Shown: one piece after another, positions 1 through 9,364 of the stretch
How positions within the stretch are numbered: the stretch's first letter is position 1
Layout of the letters: every line of letters starts with the position of its first letter
Assembly: GCA_937126915.1 (NCBI GenBank)
Contig: CAKZLM010000031.1
Span: forward strand, 13,825-77,824
DNA: 64,000 bases
Direction: 5' to 3'
Source: an uncultured Alphaproteobacteria bacterium
Lineage (GTDB): Bacteria; Pseudomonadota; Alphaproteobacteria; Sphingomonadales; SMXR01
Translations under genes and position numbers: made by a program
The notes under the pieces: model-generated
The model's database searches: none
What the model saw: the letters and a program-made list of their open reading frames with translations, nothing else
Told to the model about the DNA's origin: nothing

Positions 1-216
1 ACTGTTGGTCGTCAAAAGTTTAACATGTTTACAGAGGGCGATGCCGCTTGGTTAAGCGAGCGCCGCCAAGATGCCGCTGCGGTTGAGGCGATGAAGCGCG
101 GTAATGACTTGGTCGCTCGTGGGACGTCATCCCGCGGCACCAACACAACCGATCGTTATTCGTTGATGGGATTTACAGCAGCGCACAAGGCAATCACCGA
201 CGCCTGTAAAGAGTAA
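1..216 (+). CDS. IalB (invasion-associated locus B) family protein, C-terminal part; 5' end lies outside the window
   Basis: Frame 1 is open from base 1 (TVGRQKFNMFTEG...) to TAA at 214-216. The tail GTSSRGTNTTDRYSLMGF...ITDAC matches the conserved IalB-family C-terminus. Confidence 0.7.
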   Translation, partial: TVGRQKFNMFTEGDAAWLSERRQDAAAVEAMKRGNDLVARGTSSRGTNTTDRYSLMGFTAAHKAITDACKE

Positions 217-244
217 ACAACCCGTTTGTTCCTAGTTTAAAGTG

Positions 245-274
245 AAAAGGCACCATTTTATTGGTGAATTTTTA
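245..274 (+). terminator. possible weak intrinsic terminator after the IalB-family gene
   Basis: CACCA (251-255) pairs with TGGTG (262-266), followed by AATTTTT. The stem is only 5 bp. Confidence 0.3.
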
Positions 275-332
275 ACCTTTCTTGTGTATGAGAGGGGCAA
301 ATGATTATTTAACCTGTTTTAAGGAATGCTTC

Positions 333-1562
333 ATGTCTGACGTAAGTGCAGCTTCACCAACCGGGATGACCCCCGGTGCCATTGACCCTCATGTGGTTGA
401 TCGTTTCGAACAACCCGTTGATGGTAAAATGGATATCTTGGGTCTTGATCGGGCTGAATTAAAAACCGCCCTGATCGAAGCGGGCGTTCCTGAAAAGCAG
501 GCCAATATGCGCACCCAGCAAATTTGGTCGTGGGTGTATCATCATGGTGTCACCAGCTTTGATGAAATGAAAAACGTGTCAAAGGATGTGAAGGCCAAAT
601 TAGCTGAACGCTTTCGCATTTCGCGTCCAACAGTTGTTGATGCACAATATTCAGAAGATGGTACGCGCAAATATTTGGTTAAATTTGCCGACGGTAATGA
701 AGCCGAAACCGTTTATATTCCTGATGATGATCGTGGTACCCTCTGTATTTCAAGCCAAGTGGGTTGTACCCTTAATTGTCGCTTTTGTCATACGGGCACG
801 CAAAAATTGGTGCGTAACCTCACTGCCAATGAAATTGTCGCGCAAATGATGATTGCCCGCGATGATTTGGAAGAATGGGATCAATCATCCCATGGCCGCA
901 AGGTCACCAACATCGTGTTAATGGGCATGGGCGAGCCATTATATAATTTTGATAATGTCAAAAAGGCCATGCACATTTTGATGGATGAGCAGGGCATTCA
1001 AATGTCACGCCGTCGCATTACCTTATCCACGTCTGGTGTGGTGCCAATGATGCAAAAATGTGGTGATGAAATTGGCGTTAACTTGGCGGTTAGCCTGCAT
1101 GCCACCAACAATGATATTCGTGATGAAATTGTGCCATTAAACAAAAAATATAAAATGGAACAATTGTTGGAAGCGTGTGCTAAATATCCAGGGGCCCATA
1201 ATGCCCGTCGCATTACTTTTGAATATACCATGTTGAAAGATGTGAACGACAAAGACGAGCATGCCAAAGAGCTGATTAACTTAATTAAGAAATATAAACT
1301 ACCGGCCAAGGTCAACCTTATCCCATTCAACCCTTGGCCCGGCACACCCTACGAATGTTCAGAATGGGATCAAATTAAGCGTTTTTCTGACATTGTGTTC
1401 CAAGCAGGTATTTCGGCGCCTATTCGCATGCCACGCGGGCGTGATATTATGGCGGCTTGCGGCCAATTAAAATCTGAAAGCCAGAAAATTAGAAAGTCTG
1501 AACTATTACGTCAGCAAAAAGCTGCAGCAGAAAGTGGCGAGGTTGTTGTTGGCGCTGATTAG
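333..1562 (+). CDS. rlmN: 23S rRNA (adenine2503-C2)/tRNA methyltransferase RlmN (radical SAM)
   Basis: Radical-SAM cluster motif [21 protein letters not shown], and C-terminal AACGQL are typical of RlmN/Cfr. ATG at 333 is preceded by AAGGAA (321-326). The track start at 282 is a TTG extension. Confidence 0.93.
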   Translation: MSDVSAASPTGMTPGAIDPHVVDRFEQPVDGKMDILGLDRAELKTALIEAGVPEKQANMRTQQIWSWVYHHGVTSFDEMKNVSKDVKAKLAERFRISRPTVVDAQYSEDGTRKYLVKFADGNEAETVYIPDDDRGTLCISSQVGCTLNCRFCHTGTQKLVRNLTANEIVAQMMIARDDLEEWDQSSHGRKVTNIVLMGMGEPLYNFDNVKKAMHILMDEQGIQMSRRRITLSTSGVVPMMQKCGDEIGVNLAVSLHATNNDIRDEIVPLNKKYKMEQLLEACAKYPGAHNARRITFEYTMLKDVNDKDEHAKELINLIKKYKLPAKVNLIPFNPWPGTPYECSEWDQIKRFSDIVFQAGISAPIRMPRGRDIMAACGQLKSESQKIRKSELLRQQKAAAESGEVVVGAD

Positions 1563-1655
1563 TCCTTTTGCTTATCACGCAACTGTTACCATTTGTCAGC
1601 TTTCTTGAATTGCAGTCGATACTTCTTTTCAGTACGGTTTTGTATGTTTTGTTAA

Positions 1656-2411
1656 TTGAAAAGATTGATTTTAATGAACCACGTTAAGGCTTTTAAGGTC
1701 TTTATAATTAGCTTGATTTTGTTGCTTCCTTCTGCGGTCTATGCTGCAGGAGAGGAAACCATTGTGGTTGAATTGTTTAGCAGCCAAAGCTGCCCAGCGT
1801 GCCCGCCAGCCAATGACTTATTGGATAAGATAGCCGACAAAGATGATGTGTTTGTGTTGTCGTGGCAGGTTGATTATTGGGATTATATGGGGTGGCGTGA
1901 TACCTTTGCCAAGGCGGGCAATACCGAGCGACAGGCGGCCTATAATCAAAGCCTTGGCAAGCGTGGTGTGATGACGCCAGAATTTGTCATTCACGGTCAA
2001 CGTTATGCTTTTGGGTCACAGCAAGACAAGGTTGAAGCGCTGGTCAGTGGTGTGTCACAAGATGTGCAAAATATTGCTGTGACGATCATCGAGCAGGGCG
2101 AAGATATCATCATTGAAATTGCTGGCTCAAAGCCCTTACAAGATCACAAGGTGTTAGAGATTAACCTGATCCCAATATTGCCCGATATCGCTGTGGAAAT
2201 TGGTGCAGGCGATAATGAAGGGCGCTTAGTCAGGTATCGTAATGTGGTGTTAGATTATATGTTGCTGGGCCTATATGACGGCAAAGCGCAACGCCTTATA
2301 ATCCCTAAAGAAGATTTCATGTCCTCTGATGTTGGTGCGGTTGCGGTGCTTTTACAGCACAAAACCCTAGGGCCTATTCAGGGTATTGGTCATTTAGGGT
2401 TTGATGATTGA
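1656..2411 (+). CDS. DUF1223 domain-containing protein (thioredoxin-like, secreted)
   Basis: Signal peptide followed by ELFSSQSCPACPPA and VDYWDYMGWRDTFA, the signature of DUF1223. The start is uncertain: TTG at 1656 or ATG at 1675. Confidence 0.8.
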   Translation: MKRLILMNHVKAFKVFIISLILLLPSAVYAAGEETIVVELFSSQSCPACPPANDLLDKIADKDDVFVLSWQVDYWDYMGWRDTFAKAGNTERQAAYNQSLGKRGVMTPEFVIHGQRYAFGSQQDKVEALVSGVSQDVQNIAVTIIEQGEDIIIEIAGSKPLQDHKVLEINLIPILPDIAVEIGAGDNEGRLVRYRNVVLDYMLLGLYDGKAQRLIIPKEDFMSSDVGAVAVLLQHKTLGPIQGIGHLGFDD

Positions 2412-2458
2412 AAAACCCCGCCATGATTTTGGTTCATAACGGGGTTCTTCTTTATTTT
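2411..2458. terminator. bidirectional intrinsic terminator between the convergent DUF1223 gene and htpG
   Basis: AACCCCG (2414-2420) pairs with CGGGGTT (2440-2446). An A-run lies on the left and a T-rich tract on the right. Confidence 0.55.
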
Positions 2459-2468
2459 CTTAGAGGGA

Positions 2469-4376
2469 TTATGCGATACCAGACGCCATAACCTTGCTCA
2501 TGCGTTTGGCAAAGGCTGCGACATCGTCCAACTCATCGCCTTCCAAAATCTTGGCTTGGTCAAGCAATAGCAGGCTCCAATCTTCGAAATCATCAAACCC
2601 TTGCCCATCCTTAGCTTTAGACGCCATAGCTTTAATCAAATTGTGGCTAGGATTAATTTCTAGAATGCGTTTTGCTTTCAGTGAACCAGCGTTCTGGGCA
2701 GATAATAGGCGTTCTAGATGCATATCCATATCATTGTCGTCGGCCACCAAACAGACGGCACTGCTGGATAGGCGTCCTGATGAGCGCACGTCTTTGACCT
2801 GTTCGCCCAATTTATCTTTCAAAATGGCGATAAGGGCAGAAACCTCATCTTCGTTTGCATTATCGGCTTTATCGTCTTTGTTGGCTTTTTCAGCAACATC
2901 ATCCAAATTAACGCCGCCCTTGGTCACGGACTTTAATGGTTTGCCATCAAAATCACCAACCATGGTGAGCCAGAAATCATCAACCGGGTCTGACAACAGA
3001 AGCACTTCAATGTCACGGTCTTTAAAGCCTTCTAATTGCGGGCTGTTTCGAACCGCGGCTTCATTTGGGCCCGTGATATAGTAGATTTCATTTTGCTTGT
3101 CTTTCATACGCGACACGTAGTCAGCCAATGATGTCCAATCATCACTATGAGTTGACTTGAAGCGCGTTAATTTCAGCAAGCTTTCTCGGCGCTCATGGTC
3201 TTCATACAAGCCTTCTTTTATGACAGGACCAAAGGCATCCCAAATTTTGGCATACTCCTCAGGCTGTTTTTCAGCTGTTTTCTCAAGGGTTGAGAGGATT
3301 TTATTGGTCACGGCTTTACGAATGCGGGTCACAACAGGGTTGTTTTGCAACATTTCACGGCTGATGTTTAACGGCAGGTCTTGGCTGTCGATCACACCAC
3401 GCATAAAGCGTAAATAGCTTGGAATAATGTCTTCGCATTCATCACTGATAAAGACGCGGCGCACATATAATTTCACCCGTGATTTGCGCGCAGGGTCAAA
3501 TAGGTCATGCGGGCGGTTGGTTGGAATGTAAAGCAACACACTATATTCCAAAACGCCTTCGGCCTTATAATGCAATGTTAGGCTTGGATCATCAAAGGCG
3601 TGTGAGACACTGCGATAAAATTCGTTATATTGCTCGTCACTAATATCAGATTTAGCTCGCAACCAAAGGGCGGACGCGGTGTTAAGCGGGGTCTTACTTG
3701 GATCTTCCGCCTCTTCATCATCATCACCCTTTTTAGTCTCTTCACCTACAATGCTAAGGGTGATAGGAACAGCCACATGATCGGAATAAGTCTTCACAAT
3801 ATGCTCAAGACGGAAGCGCTCTAAAAATTCTTCAGCATCGTCTTTTAGGTGCATGATAATGTCGGTGCCGCGACTGGCTTTTTCAGCATCGCGAATGACA
3901 AATTCACCCAAGCCATCGCTAGACCATTCATGGGCTTTATCACTGCCAGCTTTTTTTGATAGCACATCAACCTTATCGGCAACCATAAAGGCAGAATAAA
4001 AGCCCACACCAAACTGACCGATGAGTGATACATCTTGTTTGGCATCGCCAGATAATTGTTCGGCAAATTTGCTGGTACCTGAACGGGCAATGGTGCCAAG
4101 GTTTTCGATCATCTCATCACGGTCCATTCCGATACCATTGTCTGAAATGACCAATGTTTTGGCCTCAGGGTCAGCGGTCATATGAATGGCGAAATCAGGA
4201 TTATCAGCAATTAGATCAGGCGTGGTGATGGCCTCATAACGTAATTTATCACAGGCGTCAGAAGCGTTTGAAACTAATTCACGGATAAAGACTTCGCGTT
4301 CAGAATAAACGCTATGCACCATCATGTGCAGTATTTTGGAGACTTCGGCTTCAAAGCCATGGCGTTCTTCACTCAT
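2469..4376 (-). CDS. htpG: molecular chaperone HtpG (Hsp90)
   Basis: 635 aa. The N-terminal GHKL ATPase motifs (FEAEVSKILHMMVHSVYSEREVFIRELVSNASDA, DNGIGM, GQFGVGFYSAF) are unmistakable for HtpG. Confidence 0.97.
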   Translation of the reverse strand: MSEERHGFEAEVSKILHMMVHSVYSEREVFIRELVSNASDACDKLRYEAITTPDLIADNPDFAIHMTADPEAKTLVISDNGIGMDRDEMIENLGTIARSGTSKFAEQLSGDAKQDVSLIGQFGVGFYSAFMVADKVDVLSKKAGSDKAHEWSSDGLGEFVIRDAEKASRGTDIIMHLKDDAEEFLERFRLEHIVKTYSDHVAVPITLSIVGEETKKGDDDEEAEDPSKTPLNTASALWLRAKSDISDEQYNEFYRSVSHAFDDPSLTLHYKAEGVLEYSVLLYIPTNRPHDLFDPARKSRVKLYVRRVFISDECEDIIPSYLRFMRGVIDSQDLPLNISREMLQNNPVVTRIRKAVTNKILSTLEKTAEKQPEEYAKIWDAFGPVIKEGLYEDHERRESLLKLTRFKSTHSDDWTSLADYVSRMKDKQNEIYYITGPNEAAVRNSPQLEGFKDRDIEVLLLSDPVDDFWLTMVGDFDGKPLKSVTKGGVNLDDVAEKANKDDKADNANEDEVSALIAILKDKLGEQVKDVRSSGRLSSSAVCLVADDNDMDMHLERLLSAQNAGSLKAKRILEINPSHNLIKAMASKAKDGQGFDDFEDWSLLLLDQAKILEGDELDDVAAFAKRMSKVMASGIA

Positions 4377-4400
4377 GGATGCGGTTCCCTCTTTTTCTTC

Positions 4401-4445
4401 ATAAAAACTGGTTCACTGTGCCCATTACGCAATAGATGGGCACAG
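4401..4445 (-). terminator. probable terminator of the GldG-type ABC operon
   Basis: Perfect 10-bp stem: CTGTGCCCAT (4416-4425) pairs with ATGGGCACAG (4436-4445). On the minus strand a TTTTT run follows 8 nt after the stem. Confidence 0.45.
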
Positions 4446-4499
4446 CGTTCTGGCTGTATATTGTGATTATTGATCTGATATCAAGAGGCAAGATGAACC

Positions 4500-5573
4500 C
4501 TATTGTGGGTTTTCTGCCTGATTGGTTTCCTCATTCAGTTTTAAAGTCACCAAGTCAGCACGGTCAACCTGAACATCAGCCTGAGCATAGCTTGGCAGGC
4601 GGAACAACCACCCCTCAAAGCGATTGTTCATCAGGGCTATTTCATTGGTTAAATTTTCTGGCACGCCTGAGATGGTCTCTGGCATTTGATCTACCTCTGC
4701 CGCCGTTCCCTCAGCAGCTCTTAAGTGCAGCCAAGCGCCATCATCAGCAAATTTAATTTTACCTTCAATCATCAGACCGTCGTAGGTGGTAACGCTGATG
4801 GTTGTGTCAAACTCACTATCTCCTGCATCGGGTTTGACATCATCAAAGCGCACCGCGTTCATACTGTTAGCCAAGGCATCCAGTTTATAGCTGTCTGAAA
4901 TCTCTTCGTCCTCAGCTAGGTTTTGCAAGGAAAACTCATTATCAGAACGAACAATCTGCATATTTTGTCCGTCTGTTGGTGTAACTGAAACCCGCCAAAC
5001 ACGGCTATCGTCAAGGGTTAGGATGGTGTCGTTTACCCACGACATAAGACTGGTATCAGGAAGGTCAGGTTCACTGATAAGCCAGGCTTGTGTCTCTGAT
5101 GTTTGTCGTGCAAATCGAGTGGCTCGGTCATCAAGGGGCTTGCCCACTTTTCCTAAATCAAAGGCGAATATCTCATCACCTGCCGCGGTTTCAAGACGAA
5201 CAGATGTGGCTTGATCAGCCAAATTCATACGATGATAAAGGCTGGGTTTATTGCTGCGTTGTTTCAGCTTTTGTGTGTTCTCAAGGTTATCAAGAAAACT
5301 ATTAACCACCGCGCCATCTGCTGGATAACGATAGTGGCTGGCAATTTGCCATTGACCATTATCTTTCTCCAACACGAAGGCGTTCTCCCCTTTGGTGAGA
5401 GAGATTTTACCAATGTAGGGGCGCTCATCCTCTAACCCTTCTAAAAAGGCTGTTGCAGCGACTTGATCATCCAAGGGCTGGTCATTACTGACCTTGGTAT
5501 AGGATAAAAACACTGCAAAACTGGCTGAAAGGGCGGTGACAATCAATAGGTTTTTCGCTGTTGCATGATTCAT
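4500..5573 (-). CDS. DUF4340-like periplasmic protein, single N-terminal anchor (last gene of the GldG-type ABC operon)
   Basis: 357 aa with an N-terminal TM/signal anchor (LLIVTALSASFAVFLSY). It lies 15 nt downstream of the GldG-family gene. The family call rests on this conserved context and architecture, not on a search. Confidence 0.55.
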   Translation of the reverse strand: MNHATAKNLLIVTALSASFAVFLSYTKVSNDQPLDDQVAATAFLEGLEDERPYIGKISLTKGENAFVLEKDNGQWQIASHYRYPADGAVVNSFLDNLENTQKLKQRSNKPSLYHRMNLADQATSVRLETAAGDEIFAFDLGKVGKPLDDRATRFARQTSETQAWLISEPDLPDTSLMSWVNDTILTLDDSRVWRVSVTPTDGQNMQIVRSDNEFSLQNLAEDEEISDSYKLDALANSMNAVRFDDVKPDAGDSEFDTTISVTTYDGLMIEGKIKFADDGAWLHLRAAEGTAAEVDQMPETISGVPENLTNEIALMNNRFEGWLFRLPSYAQADVQVDRADLVTLKLNEETNQAENPQ

Positions 5574-5588
5574 GATGGTCCTCCTTTC

Positions 5589-7460
5589 TTACAGTTGGTT
5601 TCTGCGACGACGGTTGCGCACAAATAAAACAATCAGCAAAATCAACGGTACAAAAGCAATGTTGAAAAAGGCTAATCGGCTTTCCAGCGCATCAATATCA
5701 CGGCGCAAATTGCGTTGCACCTCGCGCAGGGCACGGCGGGCATCGATTAACTGGCTTCTAAAGCGCTCCATTTCTGCTTCTTGCTCAGGACTTAGCTGAT
5801 CTGGGTCGTTGCCCTCTAGGGCGGTTAAGCGGGCTGTGGTTTCTTGAATTTGCTGTTGCAGGGCTTGTTCCTCGGCCAGATAATTCATCTCAGCTTGTTT
5901 GCGGATATTATCAACCCGAACAAAAGAACGGCGTGTTTCACCACGAGAGCGCAGGTTAATTAGGCCATCGGTGCCGGTTAAATGGTCAACTGCATTAATG
6001 ACAAAGCTGCCGTTATCAGAAATAGGACTGATATAGCGTTGTCCATCTGGCCCTTGGCCCTGTGACATGGCCCAAAAGCGATCGACCCACATATCGGCAT
6101 CAGCAACCACCATCACGCTAATTTGGCCAGCATCAAGATGGTCACCTGCTGATGATAGGGCATCATCACTCATGCCTTCTGGGGCACCATCAAAGGCCGA
6201 TGATACCTCACCCACCACACGGGCGGCGACGGTGTATTTCTCACCGTTAGAGACAAAGTCACGCACCAAGCTATCTGGGTCTTGGGTGTTTTTAACGCGG
6301 TTAGCGGAAATCAGCGATGAGACATCGCCTGTGGTCACCAACGGCGTGAAAGTGGTTGTGGCACCGTCAAGCGGGCTTAAGGCACCCGCCGAAATAACCG
6401 TTAACATGTTGGTCACACCCGAAACCACATCATCGGGGTTCATCTGCTCGTTTCTAAGACCCATCCAATGCGGAAACTCTTTTACGCCGCGGAAACCATC
6501 ACCTATACGAACGCGCTGACCCAATTCAAGGTCTGCTACCACATTGTCGGCATCCATTTTGATACCCCAAGCGGTGAACAAGGCCTCAAGGTTCGATTGA
6601 TCAGCCGGCGGTTTTGGCCCAAATTGGTTTTGCGGGTTCACATCGGCGGCGGTTTCAAGCAATGGATCGGTGAAGACAATGGCCTTGCCTGATTTTAATA
6701 CAAATTGATCAATCAAATAGGTTTGCTGATCGCTTAACTCGTCAGGATGTACCAGCATTAAAAGGTCGGTATCCGCAGGAATGGCGTCAAAATCATCGGT
6801 TAGTTTTTCAACATCAAAAAACTGCTGTAACTGTTCCCACATTAAATAAGGCTGTGATTGGCCTTGCTGCATGGCAAACATGCCGCCGGGGCCAAATTCA
6901 AGCGGTAATGAGCTGATAACCGTGACCTTTGGCAATGTATCATTGACCAAGCTGTAAAGGGCTTTGACCAAATCATATTCCAAGAAACGCTCGCGGTCAG
7001 GCGGGAAGAAAGGAATGATGGTTTCACGATCAGTGGTGTCTTCCATTGAAAGGCCGAGATAAATTTTCTGCCCATCGCCGGTATCAATACCTTGAATGCC
7101 AGCAGCTACGGCTTTGTCTTCAACCTCAGAAAAAGGTTCGGGATCGATTGTTCTTAGACGAACCATGCCGTCTGAAAGGGCCGCAAAACTTTCTAAGGTT
7201 TCTTTTACACGCTTACCATAGCGGAAGATGGTTGGATAAGGTGTAGCAAGTTCCTCAGAAAAATAAAAATTGACATCAATGGGGTCATCCATATCGGCCA
7301 ATATTTGTTCTGTACCCTCAGACAGGGTGTATAGCTTGTTTTCGGTCATATCCAGCTTGGCGCCGGGCATAAGGGTTTGAACGATAAAGTTAATCGACAA
7401 AAACAGGATGCTTGCGACAATGACGAGGGTTTTACCAGATAATTTTAAATCTTTAGACAT
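5589..7460 (-). CDS. GldG-family ABC-transporter auxiliary protein (ABC-type uncharacterised transport system)
   Basis: 623 aa. It has an N-terminal TM, a large periplasmic domain, a C-terminal coiled-coil stretch, and a final TM followed by RNRRRR. It follows the ABC-2 permease after a 2-nt gap, the typical GldG architecture. Confidence 0.75.
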   Translation of the reverse strand: MSKDLKLSGKTLVIVASILFLSINFIVQTLMPGAKLDMTENKLYTLSEGTEQILADMDDPIDVNFYFSEELATPYPTIFRYGKRVKETLESFAALSDGMVRLRTIDPEPFSEVEDKAVAAGIQGIDTGDGQKIYLGLSMEDTTDRETIIPFFPPDRERFLEYDLVKALYSLVNDTLPKVTVISSLPLEFGPGGMFAMQQGQSQPYLMWEQLQQFFDVEKLTDDFDAIPADTDLLMLVHPDELSDQQTYLIDQFVLKSGKAIVFTDPLLETAADVNPQNQFGPKPPADQSNLEALFTAWGIKMDADNVVADLELGQRVRIGDGFRGVKEFPHWMGLRNEQMNPDDVVSGVTNMLTVISAGALSPLDGATTTFTPLVTTGDVSSLISANRVKNTQDPDSLVRDFVSNGEKYTVAARVVGEVSSAFDGAPEGMSDDALSSAGDHLDAGQISVMVVADADMWVDRFWAMSQGQGPDGQRYISPISDNGSFVINAVDHLTGTDGLINLRSRGETRRSFVRVDNIRKQAEMNYLAEEQALQQQIQETTARLTALEGNDPDQLSPEQEAEMERFRSQLIDARRALREVQRNLRRDIDALESRLAFFNIAFVPLILLIVLFVRNRRRRNQL

Positions 7461-7462
7461 GA

Positions 7463-8200
7463 TTATCCCTCCTCTCTTTTTGCTTGGATGGCGACATAGG
7501 TGATGAACAGCCAGAAAATGATTAGGCTAAGGAAATACAACACATCACTGATGCTGATAAGACCTTTTAAAATGTCGCTAAAATGGCTTAGGAAACTGAA
7601 ACTGGCTAGCAAGCCTAGAAGGCCTTGCGGTAACCAACCTGTAAAGGCGTCTAGGACCATGGGTAAACCCATCACGGTAAACACAAAGCAAACCGCCGCC
7701 GTCAAGACAAAGGCGATCACTTGATTTTTGGTTAAGGCTGACATGGCAGACCCAATGGCCAAATAGGCACCCACCATCAAAAAGCTGCCCAAATAGCCCA
7801 ACAGAATGGGGCCTTGATCGGGTGTGCCTAGATAATTGACCGTCAACCAAATAGGGAAGGTTAAAGCCAAGGTGATACCTGCAAAGGCCCACGCCGCCAA
7901 AAACTTACCCAAGATAATGGCAGGTAGTGGCAAGGGCAGGGTCATTAATAATTCGATGGTGCCTGAACGGCGATCTTCTGACCACAGGCGCATAGAGATG
8001 GCAGGCACAAGGAAGAGATATAGCCATGGGTGGTAGGTGAAAAAGGCGATAAGATCAGCCTGTTCAGTGTTAAAAAATTGGCCGATATAAAAGGTAAACG
8101 TACCAACCAACATTAAAAAGATGATCATAAACACATAGGCCACAGGCGTGGTGAAATAGGCGGCCAATTCACGATTAAAAATAGCTTTCCAGGCAGGCAT
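7463..8200 (-). CDS. ABC-2 type transporter permease (GldF-like)
   Basis: 245 aa polytopic membrane protein with about 6 hydrophobic segments. Its start overlaps the ATPase stop by 1 nt (TAATG). Confidence 0.8.
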   Translation of the reverse strand: MPAWKAIFNRELAAYFTTPVAYVFMIIFLMLVGTFTFYIGQFFNTEQADLIAFFTYHPWLYLFLVPAISMRLWSEDRRSGTIELLMTLPLPLPAIILGKFLAAWAFAGITLALTFPIWLTVNYLGTPDQGPILLGYLGSFLMVGAYLAIGSAMSALTKNQVIAFVLTAAVCFVFTVMGLPMVLDAFTGWLPQGLLGLLASFSFLSHFSDILKGLISISDVLYFLSLIIFWLFITYVAIQAKREEG

Positions 8201-9198
8201 TATTGGTCCTCCCCTGTTTTAGGTGATTGTATATCATCGACAGACTGTCCATCGCCTAAGTCGCCATGAGTGACGGTTCTAAAGACATCATCAAGGCGAC
8301 CTTCATGCACATGGATGGTTTCATAAGTGATTTTTGCTTTTGATAATGCCTTTTGAGCTGGGGCTAGTAGATCAGCGCTGTCCTTCGGGAAAAGGGTGAT
8401 GGTGGCCTTTTTCTCGTCATGGCGGTTTTTCAATGATTTAAGGCCTGCCATGCCTTTTAAGACATCGTTGGCGGCATCAAGTTGGTCTTGTCCTAATTGG
8501 ATCGAAACAGCGCCATTCCAGTTTGAACGAGCCTTTAATTCAGCAGGTGTGCCATCTAACACCACACGGCCGCGATCAATGATCACCGCACGGGTACACA
8601 GCGCTTCTACTTCCTCCAAAATATGGGTAGAAATAATGATCGCTTTTTCTGCCCGCATCGAGGCAATAAGCTCGCGAACCTCATGCTTTTGGTTGGGGTC
8701 AAGTCCATCGGTTGGTTCGTCCAAAATTAACACATCGGGGTCATGCAAAATGGCCTGTGCCAAACCGACACGGCGCTGGTAACCCTTAGACAATGTCTCA
8801 ATTGGGCGATTAAGAACCGCGCTGATATGCACCTTTTGCACCGCGTCCTCAATGGCTTTTGATTTTTCAGGTCCGCTCAAACCGCGGCTGTCAGCGATAA
8901 ATGATAAAAAGCTGGCGGGTGTCATATCAGCCCACGCAGGTGCCCCTTCGGGCAAATACCCAAGTACAGACTTTGCTGCAATTGGTTCATCAGCGACATT
9001 ATGGCTTGCCACATGGGCGCTACCACTGGTGGGTTCTAAAAAGCCTGTCAGCATTTTCATGGTGGTTGATTTGCCAGCGCCGTTTGGCCCTAAAAAGCCT
9101 AAAACTTCGCCCTTTTCAACGGTCAGCGATATATCATTGACGGCCTTAACGGCGCCAAAGTGCTTGACCAGATTTCTTGCCTCTAACATGACGGTCAT
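8200..9198 (-). CDS. ABC transporter ATP-binding protein (GldA-like) with a C-terminal extension
   Basis: Walker [10 protein letters not shown], signature LSKGYQRRV, Walker B VLILDEPTDGLD. GGAGGA (reverse complement of 9209-9214) lies 10 nt before the ATG at 9198. The track start at 9216 is also possible. Confidence 0.9.
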   Translation of the reverse strand: MTVMLEARNLVKHFGAVKAVNDISLTVEKGEVLGFLGPNGAGKSTTMKMLTGFLEPTSGSAHVASHNVADEPIAAKSVLGYLPEGAPAWADMTPASFLSFIADSRGLSGPEKSKAIEDAVQKVHISAVLNRPIETLSKGYQRRVGLAQAILHDPDVLILDEPTDGLDPNQKHEVRELIASMRAEKAIIISTHILEEVEALCTRAVIIDRGRVVLDGTPAELKARSNWNGAVSIQLGQDQLDAANDVLKGMAGLKSLKNRHDEKKATITLFPKDSADLLAPAQKALSKAKITYETIHVHEGRLDDVFRTVTHGDLGDGQSVDDIQSPKTGEDQ

Positions 9199-9270
9199 TG
9201 GTATCATGTCCTCCATATGGTTTCTGTAATATTGTTGTTGTCTTATGAAGCGTACAGCCGCTTATTTAGG

Positions 9271-9307
9271 AGGGTGATTGATCACCCCCATAGTGATCAA
9301 TCACCCT
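9271..9307. promoter_or_regulatory. perfect 15-bp-stem inverted repeat upstream of the GldG-type ABC operon
   Basis: AGGGTGATTGATCAC (9271-9285) is the exact reverse complement of GTGATCAATCACCCT (9293-9307), with a 7-nt spacer. No adjacent U-tract on either strand. Confidence 0.45.
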
Positions 9308-9364
9308 AATATTTTCCTAATCGCAGGAAGATATAGTGTCATTTTATTACGAGTTCAACCCCGC

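Noticed and set aside
2494-3081. 195-aa ORF antisense to htpG. Similar long antisense or alternate-frame ORFs include 6067-6519, 8396-8782, 18861-19235, 19395-19775, 29076-29534, 42250-42738, 46555-46929, 47099-47503, 48357-48767, 56343-56891 and 62858-63256.
   Set aside because: Each lies entirely inside a strongly supported conserved gene on the opposite strand or in another frame. Their compositions are low-complexity Ser/Arg/Pro/Ala-rich, typical of shadow ORFs. None has an SD sequence or a recognisable motif.
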